From a virus (Duplodnaviria; Caudoviricetes), in the IMG/VR virus record IMGVR_UViG_3300020195_000651, positions 1-54,845 of that record: a stretch of 54,845 bases of DNA; one strand, given 5' to 3'. The translations under genes were made by a program, and so were the position numbers. Shown piece by piece: positions 48,941 through 54,845 of this stretch (position 1 is its first letter; the number at the start of each line of letters is the position of its first letter). The notes below the pieces were generated by a model that saw nothing but the letters and a program-made list of their open reading frames with translations, was not told the DNA's origin and made no database searches.

Positions 48941-49168
48941 ATGACGGAGAAAGTTGACGCTTTTGTTGGTGGAAACAACCAACCACAACACTTGGCTGTT
49001 CTGAACGAACACAAGGAGTATTTGCCCGAGGCAACAACCTCTCATCGGGCGGTCTGTGGTGGAGAAACCACAGGACAAACAGTTGCAACGATTCCTGTAA
49101 GCGATGCGAAGTTCGCTTGCAAGGATTGCGCAGAACAGTTCAAGTTGTGGAAAGAAATCCACAGTTGA
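48941..49168 (+). CDS. Hypothetical small Cys/His protein
   Basis: AAGGAG RBS; H...CG...CKDC. Confidence 0.65.
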   Translation: MTEKVDAFVGGNNQPQHLAVLNEHKEYLPEATTSHRAVCGGETTGQTVATIPVSDAKFACKDCAEQFKLWKEIHS

Positions 49169-49173
49169 AGTTT

Positions 49174-49289
49174 GTGCAGGTAACTCAGTGGTGCCGCTAC
49201 GGGAAACTGTAGCGGACTGGCTGAAAAGCCAAAGAGTATTCCCCTGTGAAAACGAGGAAGAGTCGCAAGTTCGAATCTTGCCCTGCACA
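49174..49289 (+). ncRNA. tRNA-like RNA 1 (expanded D loop, GAAA-capped pseudo-anticodon arm)
   Basis: Acceptor GTGCAGG/CCTGCAC+A; D stem ACTC/GAGT; T arm GCAAG-TTCGAAT-CTTGC; about 40 nt two-hairpin insert in the D loop. Confidence 0.8.
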
Positions 49290-49388
49290 TTTTTTGTTAC
49301 TTGCTGAGTATCTATTATTTACATTAAAAAGGGAGCGGAAACCGACCAGTCGTGACTGAAATGTTAACGTGAAGTCGCCGTAAAGAGA

Positions 49389-49637
49389 ATGGCGTATTTG
49401 AATTTTTTGACCGATTGGTCATCACATGCATATCTAAAATGTTTTTCGTTGGGCTTATTATTATTATTAATGTGTTGGTTGACTCTGACATACGGACAAC
49501 CACAGAGAGATTCAATTCTTGAGCAAGTTTTATCTTTTATTGCTTTGGCTGGGTTGTTAACCATGTCATTCTCGTGGGCGGCATGGGCATGTGATAAAGC
49601 AGAACAAGGATCACTTAGGCACAATAAGGGCAGTTAG
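49389..49637 (+). CDS. Small membrane protein (2 TM)
   Basis: Two hydrophobic segments. Confidence 0.55.
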   Translation: MAYLNFLTDWSSHAYLKCFSLGLLLLLMCWLTLTYGQPQRDSILEQVLSFIALAGLLTMSFSWAAWACDKAEQGSLRHNKGS

Positions 49638-49643
49638 GTGAAA

Positions 49644-49802
49644 GTGGCAATATTTGTTGAACGTTATTATATGAAAGGAAATGATGAAATTATACGTTTG
49701 TGCAAACTTTCTAAAGAATTGTACAATCGATGTAATTATTTGATGAGACAAGCATGGTTTACAATTTATTCTGAAACGGTAGTTAGTGTAATGAGCAGCT
49801 AG
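49644..49802 (+). pseudogene. N-terminal remnant of a tnpB gene
   Basis: VAIFVERYYMKGNDEIIRLCKLSKELYNRCNYLMRQAWF matches the TnpB start pattern VERH...LC..SKNLYN..NY..RQ. Confidence 0.55.
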
Positions 49803-49913
49803 TGTAATAGTAGCACGGCGGTAAAAACGTCTTTGCAAATTTTGTCCAACAGGAATGCAAGTAAGGACTACATTACAAAACCGCAAGCGGAGGTGCGAAC
49901 CCTTCGCTGCCCA
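49793..49913 (+). ncRNA. tRNA-like RNA 2 (about 57 nt in place of the anticodon loop)
   Basis: Acceptor GAGCAGC/GCTGCCC+A; D arm GTGT-AATAGTA-GCAC; stem GCGGT/ACCGC; T arm GGAGG-TGCGAAC-CCTTC. Confidence 0.75.
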
Positions 49914-49928
49914 TTTGAGATACGACAA

Positions 49929-50312
49929 GTGTATGTCAGATTTGTCACAACGTTAAAAAGCAAAAAATCACATCAAAGTCTCGGTGTGATTCGCGCTGCC
50001 GGTCTTCTAAATGATCGCGGTAGATTCAACAAAGAAGACAAGGAAGAGTTAGAGGAGTTGTTTGGTTGGTTCAATGACTTCCTTGCAATACCACAAAGAT
50101 TGTCAAAGTCTAGTAAACCACGTGCAGAGTGTAAAGCAATAAGTTGGTTCAGAGACTCAGCTAATTTACACATTCGCAAGATTAGAGAAATAGCTGATGT
50201 GTTGGAAAGAAATAATATTCAGATTGAGATGTTAACTTCAAAAACTCTAGGTTATATAGTTTATGAAGACGAACATCAAGTAGTCGCAATTCCATTTCAA
50301 GATTCAATATGA
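49929..50312 (+). CDS. Hypothetical protein
   Basis: GTG start MYVRFV; KAISWF...GYIVYEDEHQVVAIP. Confidence 0.75.
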   Translation: MYVRFVTTLKSKKSHQSLGVIRAAGLLNDRGRFNKEDKEELEELFGWFNDFLAIPQRLSKSSKPRAECKAISWFRDSANLHIRKIREIADVLERNNIQIEMLTSKTLGYIVYEDEHQVVAIPFQDSI

Positions 50313-50447
50313 CAAGAAAACAATTAGAAGTATTATCCAGTCTCCAAGATAAAGGCTGGCAAGTCGCGCATCTTGGAAATTGTAGCATGTGCGGTGGTCC
50401 AACTCCAATACAAGACCCAGAAGGCAAAATGTTTAACGTAATGCCTG

Positions 50448-50651
50448 ATGGTAGCATTGAGGAGATTAAAGATTAGCATTGCAACTGAACTTATCGAAGG
50501 CTTGACTGATTTTGGTGATTCATTGGATGATCTTGACTTGAATGAGAGATTTATGGTATCATCTATGAAAGATGGTATTTTGACTCGACAGATGTTAACA
50601 GCAGAAGAAATACTGGAAGAGTGCATTGAAAATGAATTACGTGCCAGGTAG
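50448..50651 (+). CDS. Hypothetical protein
   Basis: Short ORF in operon. Confidence 0.45.
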   Translation: MVALRRLKISIATELIEGLTDFGDSLDDLDLNERFMVSSMKDGILTRQMLTAEEILEECIENELRAR

Positions 50652-50859
50652 AATTGTTGTGAGGTTCGTAAAAGAAACCACTCAAGAACAAATGTACGCT
50701 GTCATTAAAAAATATCCTGTCCACATAAATAAAATGCTAATTGGTGCAAAAGCTGCTTCCCTTGATTGTTTGGTTGGCGAAGAAGAACATATGTGTCGTC
50801 TAATGACATTAGCGCCAGAAATTGATTATATGAAAAAGATGCAAACTGCGAGCGTGTAG
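50626..50859 (+). CDS. Small protein resembling a subtilase pro-domain
   Basis: YVPGRIVVRF...PEIDY. Confidence 0.5.
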   Translation: MKMNYVPGRIVVRFVKETTQEQMYAVIKKYPVHINKMLIGAKAASLDCLVGEEEHMCRLMTLAPEIDYMKKMQTASV

Positions 50860-51003
50860 TGTAGGCAGCACGACCTGCATGATTTTCAGTTCCTTGCTCC
50901 CTAATTCCAGAAATGGAAATGATGGCAGGAGCCTTGCAGGAATATCTCACTAAAATAAGTGTGGTATTCAATGTAAGTGCTGGTTCGAATCCAGCCACGC
51001 TCT
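50850..51003 (+). ncRNA. tRNA-like RNA 3 (about 100 nt structured region replacing the anticodon/variable arms)
   Basis: Perfect acceptor GAGCGTG/CACGCTC; D arm GTGT-AGGCA-GCAC; T arm GCTGG-TTCGAAT-CCAGC. Confidence 0.8.
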
Positions 51004-51021
51004 TCCTAAAATGAGATAGAC

Positions 51022-51249
51022 ATGAAGCTGAAGCATATTGAAGCATATTGGAATGAAGTTAGTAGAATTCTTTGTGTTGATTACGGTGAAGAAACTGCGA
51101 AACAAGGAATTGCTAACTATCGTGCCGCTCTTAGGAAACTCAAAGTAGGTGATATAATTTACCATTCCTCACCAGACGACACAGCTAAAGGTATTATAAC
51201 TGGTGAATATTTAAAGGATGTTATAACTGGTGAATATTTAAATGGCTAG
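51022..51249 (+). CDS. Hypothetical protein with a duplicated C-terminal segment
   Basis: 22 bp repeat ttataactggtgaatatttaaa at 51194 and 51221. Confidence 0.6.
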   Translation: MKLKHIEAYWNEVSRILCVDYGEETAKQGIANYRAALRKLKVGDIIYHSSPDDTAKGIITGEYLKDVITGEYLNG

Positions 51250-51445
51250 GAAGAAAAAACGTACTCAAGATGGTCCTAAGTTAGAATTGGATTTGTCAGA
51301 ATTCAAACCTATAACTCAAAAGTATACAGCAGAGCAATTGTCTGAAGGGCAAAAGTATTGGGGAAAATTTTCTTTCCCAATAGAAACCGCAATAATTGAC
51401 AATGGGAGAAAGAAAAATGGCACTGACTCCACTTCAAGTTCGTGA
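51242..51445 (+). CDS. Hypothetical protein
   Basis: 67 aa in operon. Confidence 0.55.
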   Translation: MARKKKRTQDGPKLELDLSEFKPITQKYTAEQLSEGQKYWGKFSFPIETAIIDNGRKKNGTDSTSSS

Positions 51446-51677
51446 CGTTTGCCAGAGTGGTTCTTACTACAGTGGTGCTAAAGCCTGCAAATATCACGAC
51501 CAGCAGACTCGTTCAGATGGCAAGTGGGTATCTGTCTGCACCAAATTGAATGCTGGTGCATACGCCGCTCTGGAAGCCAAAAGAAAAGGAAGCTACAGAT
51601 ATGGTGGCACGCCAACTGGTGACAACTGCCAAGGCTACATCCTTCTTCAATACAAAGACCAAGGATACGACATATGA
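51396..51677 (+). CDS. Hypothetical Cys-containing protein (probable start MALTP)
   Basis: ORF in operon; GGAG RBS. Confidence 0.65.
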   Translation: MTMGERKMALTPLQVRDVCQSGSYYSGAKACKYHDQQTRSDGKWVSVCTKLNAGAYAALEAKRKGSYRYGGTPTGDNCQGYILLQYKDQGYDI

Positions 51678-52087
51678 TAGAACCAATACTTATTCTCGTG
51701 ATTGGATTTGGGCTTGTAGCAATTGGGTTTTGTTTTGCTATAGTCGTTGCCTTTGGAAACTTGTCAAAGCGACTAAGTGCCCAATCGCAAAAGATTGCAA
51801 AATTGGAAGACAAACGTGTCTATAAAGACCTAGTTCATGCCGAACAATGGAATGAAATTTGGCGTCTAATTTGTCAAAAGTTTAACATTCAAGCGAACGC
51901 AGATGGCACATGGGTTGGTGGAGCAGCCGCCGTAAACATACTCAACCTCATGCGCGCCGGATTTGGTTCCTTTAGCCCTGCACAAATGACCTTCATGGAA
52001 CATTTGGTGAACCAGATTGCACTTGTTCAAGAAGATCAAGAGTTCAAAGGATTCAATATCGATAGGTTTAGACCGTCATCAAATTAA
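51674..52087 (+). CDS. Membrane-anchored hypothetical protein
   Basis: N-terminal TM helix; ATGA coupling. Confidence 0.7.
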   Translation: MIEPILILVIGFGLVAIGFCFAIVVAFGNLSKRLSAQSQKIAKLEDKRVYKDLVHAEQWNEIWRLICQKFNIQANADGTWVGGAAAVNILNLMRAGFGSFSPAQMTFMEHLVNQIALVQEDQEFKGFNIDRFRPSSN

Positions 52088-52091
52088 AAAC

Positions 52092-52124
52092 AAAAGCCCG
52101 GCAATGCCGGGCTTTTTCTTTTTC
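52092..52124. terminator. Bidirectional intrinsic terminator
   Basis: aaaagcccggca-a-tgccgggctttt plus T tract, between convergent genes. Confidence 0.8.
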
Positions 52125-52136
52125 ATTCGACTAAAT

Positions 52137-52490
52137 TCAGTTGACTTCAACTGTTGCATTGGAAACACGAACTACAGCGAATACAACAGTGTTACCTGCT
52201 GTCCCGTTGGCTGTGAACCCACTTGTGGTCACTGCTGATGCAAAAGCATAAGCCGAAGAACCATTGCAAAGAACAATATAGTCAGCGTTGACGCCAGGAA
52301 GAGTCTTCCCGAACGCAACTGCCAAAGTAGCACCCGTAAGAGTGACTGCTCCTGAATATACAACTCGTGTGCCAATAAGCTTCTCTACACCTACGAATAG
52401 ATGCTCTGAACCCTTATGACCCTTTTTATCGGCGCTTCCTTGACCCACACCCGTTACAGAACTGGCCGTGCCCATTTTGATATCTCCCAT
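52137..52490 (-). CDS. Putative small virion structural protein
   Basis: G/A/T/V-rich beta-type composition; TAAATA upstream. Confidence 0.55.
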   Translation of the reverse strand: MGDIKMGTASSVTGVGQGSADKKGHKGSEHLFVGVEKLIGTRVVYSGAVTLTGATLAVAFGKTLPGVNADYIVLCNGSSAYAFASAVTTSGFTANGTAGNTVVFAVVRVSNATVEVN

Positions 52491-52578
52491 GAAAGAATAA
52501 AGTTAACATTATTTACAATTAGGAAAATAAATTATGTAATAATTTGGAAGAAATTCATCCGTGTTACTATGTTAGTAT

Positions 52579-52836
52579 ATGGGAAGAAAATTAACACATG
52601 AATACGTAGAACAATATTTCAAAGAACAAGGTTGTGAATTGATTTCACAATACGAAAATAATCGAACTAAAATTGAATATAAATGTTCTTGCGGTAATAT
52701 TTCATTGATAAAATATCATGATTTTCAATGTGGGAAAAGATGTGGATGTGGAAATAAGAAATTTGGTGAGAAAAGAAGACGTAAATTTCAAGACGTTAAA
52801 GAAATATTTGAAAAAGGAGGAAAAACTGCTTCCTGA
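52579..52836 (+). CDS. Zn-ribbon repeat protein typical of homing-endonuclease N-termini, probably truncated
   Basis: CELISQYENNRTKIEYKCSCGN...GKRCGC. Confidence 0.55.
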   Translation: MGRKLTHEYVEQYFKEQGCELISQYENNRTKIEYKCSCGNISLIKYHDFQCGKRCGCGNKKFGEKRRRKFQDVKEIFEKGGKTAS

Positions 52837-52867
52837 AAATCCACCAAAATCGCATGAAATCGACTAA

Positions 52868-53098
52868 ATGCTTTGGAGAAAAATACTGATGAAGACTATA
52901 TTAGAGGTAGAAGTGAGCGAACTGACCAAAGAATTCGCCGTTGTGAACGGTGAAAGGATCGAGTTTGACCAACCGTGGGAGGAAACGCCAAACCGTGAAG
53001 ACTTTGTGATGTGGCTCACCAATATCCGAAATGAATTGGTGAAACCGAATGTTACTGAAAGCAAGAGAAATTCAAGAAAAGTACAAAATCGCCCATAA
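52868..53098 (+). CDS. Hypothetical protein
   Basis: 76 aa ORF. Confidence 0.5.
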   Translation: MLWRKILMKTILEVEVSELTKEFAVVNGERIEFDQPWEETPNREDFVMWLTNIRNELVKPNVTESKRNSRKVQNRP

Positions 53099-53657
53099 CA
53101 GCCTGATTGATTGGGAAAACAAAAAAGTCTTGACTTCCCACCGCACTGTCGGCGGGCATCGTCGCTGGTTGGAAGACGACATACAAAAGTTACTGACCAT
53201 TCACGAAGTGAAGGAAGAGAAACGGTATTGTTACTACGCTCGTTGCTCAACCGCTAAACAAAAAGAGAACCTTGAGCGACAAGTAGAACGGCTCAAAAAG
53301 CACTGTCATGACAAGGGCTACGCCAATGTCAAAGAGTTCTCCGAGATCGGTTCTGGACTCAATGACAACAGACCCAAACTGCACAAACTGATTGACGCCG
53401 TTCTCAAGAAAGAAGTGAACCACATCGTTGTGGAGTACAAGGACCGGCTCGCCAGATACGGGTTCAAGTTCTTGATGCGGTTCTTCAAGGGGTTGGGCTG
53501 CATGATTGAGTTTCTGGACGAGAAGGCTACCAAGGACGACAATGAGGAATTAGTGCAGGATGTGTTGAGTCTGTTCACTTGTTTCTCAGCACGGCTTACA
53601 AGATTTTCCAAGAAAGATGGAAAAACCTGCCAAGAAAATGATGCAACTTTACTATGA
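53049..53657 (+). CDS. tnpA: IS607-family serine recombinase/transposase (TnpA)
   Basis: MerR-like HTH (RTVGGHRR), YARCST catalytic Ser, [37 protein letters not shown]. Confidence 0.9.
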   Translation: MLLKAREIQEKYKIAHNSLIDWENKKVLTSHRTVGGHRRWLEDDIQKLLTIHEVKEEKRYCYYARCSTAKQKENLERQVERLKKHCHDKGYANVKEFSEIGSGLNDNRPKLHKLIDAVLKKEVNHIVVEYKDRLARYGFKFLMRFFKGLGCMIEFLDEKATKDDNEELVQDVLSLFTCFSARLTRFSKKDGKTCQENDATLL

Positions 53658-53688
53658 TATAATAGGCAATCAATGCGTAAGGAGCATC

Positions 53689-54771
53689 ATGCAGGTAGGT
53701 TTAGCAGAAGCCGCCAAACAGTTAGGGGTATCAATCAAGACGCTACGAAATTGGGATGCGGCTGGAAAACTCAAAACAGTCAGAACAGTCGGCAATCAGA
53801 GGCGTGTGCCAATTGAAGAAGTTGAACGACTGAAAGGTGGCGACAACGCCAGAGTACACACGACTGAGATGGTTGATAGAACTGCTTGGATGACTCGTAT
53901 TTGCGAAAAGTGTCAACAAGAGTTTTTGATACCACAGTGGCGGCTCAATGAAAGTCCGAAACGTGGTAAATTCTGTAGTCGGAAGTGTCAAGGCAATGGC
54001 TACTGTGAAGTGAATGAGAATTTCTTTTCTGAGCAAAATTCACAGATGGCGTATGTCCTTGGGCTGCTTGTTACAGATGGCTACTTGACGCACAAGAGCG
54101 ATAGACGTGAAATACTGTGTCTCAAGTTGATCGACAGAGATTTGTTAGAAGAAGTCCGAGATATGATGGACTCAACATACGGCATATACAATTGTGGTTT
54201 GACCGACGCTGGCAACTCGATTTATCGTATTGAGTTTGATCGTAGGCAGTTGATTGAGGATGTGAAGAAGTATGGGGTGGTTCATCATAAGACACTTATT
54301 ACGACATTCCCGAAGTTACTTGAAGGTAGGTATTATCCTGATTTCGTGCGAGGCGTTCTTGATGGTGATGGTTGTGTGCATTGGAGAAAAGATAAGCGAC
54401 GTAACAATGGTTACAATGTAGAAACGTATTTCTTAGGAACATTTGACTTGTTGAATGGTATTGCAAATGCTCTTGGCACTCGTCGTAAACCAGAGCCATA
54501 CACTGCTGTAGCTAAGTTGAGGTTTCAGTCTCGTTCAGAGGTTAAGATGATTTACGACTACCTCTACTATGGCAATGCTGATGTGCCATGCCTGAAAAGG
54601 AAGAGAATAAAGTTTGAGGAAATACTCGCTTTGCCGTTCAATGTGCGTCCAAAGGGCAGCAAAAACAAGAAGAAACTAGCAAAGACATTACAAATTGGAT
54701 CGAACAATGAGCAAGAAAAACAAACACAAGAAGTTCAGCCAAGTGTGGAGCAACCAAACGGAGTTAGGTAA
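53689..54771 (+). CDS. MerR-HTH + Zn-finger + two-motif LAGLIDADG endonuclease
   Basis: AAGGAG before ATG at 53689; [16 protein letters not shown]; CEKC..FCSRKC; [10 protein letters not shown] and [10 protein letters not shown]. Confidence 0.85.
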   Translation: MQVGLAEAAKQLGVSIKTLRNWDAAGKLKTVRTVGNQRRVPIEEVERLKGGDNARVHTTEMVDRTAWMTRICEKCQQEFLIPQWRLNESPKRGKFCSRKCQGNGYCEVNENFFSEQNSQMAYVLGLLVTDGYLTHKSDRREILCLKLIDRDLLEEVRDMMDSTYGIYNCGLTDAGNSIYRIEFDRRQLIEDVKKYGVVHHKTLITTFPKLLEGRYYPDFVRGVLDGDGCVHWRKDKRRNNGYNVETYFLGTFDLLNGIANALGTRRKPEPYTAVAKLRFQSRSEVKMIYDYLYYGNADVPCLKRKRIKFEEILALPFNVRPKGSKNKKKLAKTLQIGSNNEQEKQTQEVQPSVEQPNGVR

Positions 54772-54845
54772 GAAGTTCGGTATTTCCGCCATCGCTGTCG
54801 GCAAACTCCTCATTGAAGCCGGTCTAAAAGACCCAACGACCAAAT

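Noticed and set aside
49174-49289. Canonical tRNA-His (CT-GTG-AA) call
   Set aside because: No 5 bp stem closes a 7-nt loop around GTG, and the D loop is greatly expanded.
49327-49395. ZMP/ZTP (pfl) riboswitch-like words gggagc / gtcgtgactg
   Set aside because: The words are in the wrong order, the CGCCTGGG 3' hairpin is missing, and it does not precede a pur gene.
51194-51242. 22 bp tandem-like repeat as a regulatory site
   Set aside because: It is an in-frame local duplication in a small ORF (ITGEYLK/ITGEYLN) and was not seen elsewhere.
1-54845. CRISPR array or cas genes
   Set aside because: No regularly spaced repeat-spacer series was seen; the only Cas12 relative is TnpB.
1-54845. Stop-codon reassignment
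   Set aside because: Conserved genes are full length in the standard code, and TAA, TAG and TGA all end genes.

Overview
A 54.8 kb segment of a large (jumbo, distantly T4-like) dsDNA phage genome. It carries UvsX/RecA, a gp32-like SSB, a DnaB/gp41 helicase, a UvsY-like protein, a compact family-A DNA polymerase, a sigma-region-2-like protein and a Hel308/Ski2-like helicase. It also has scattered metabolic genes (gdhA, glpX, purB, purN, purE), three DNA methyltransferases, glyco-/methyl-/acetyltransferases and many small hypotheticals. Genes run mostly leftward before about 31 kb and rightward after it. Highlights: (1) A Ro60/TROVE gene is followed by three tRNA-shaped RNAs of 116-154 nt. They keep the acceptor, D and T arms but lack a normal anticodon loop and carry large structured insertions, so they are candidate new Y-RNA-like partners. 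(2) Four complete IS200/IS605-type elements (one RHH+tnpB element and three non-coding 278-348 bp ones) each sit inside a gene, and precise excision rejoins the ORF in frame. Their guide/cleavage tetranucleotides covary. One non-coding family carries its own promoter and a distinct structured RNA (a candidate orphan guide RNA). (3) A TA(T/G/A)ATA motif lies 4-6 nt before the ATG of genes whose proteins begin with a T4-like capsid-targeting signal. (4) An IS607-type serine recombinase is paired with an HTH-Zn-LAGLIDADG nuclease instead of TnpB. All calls come from reading motifs by eye; no searches were run.
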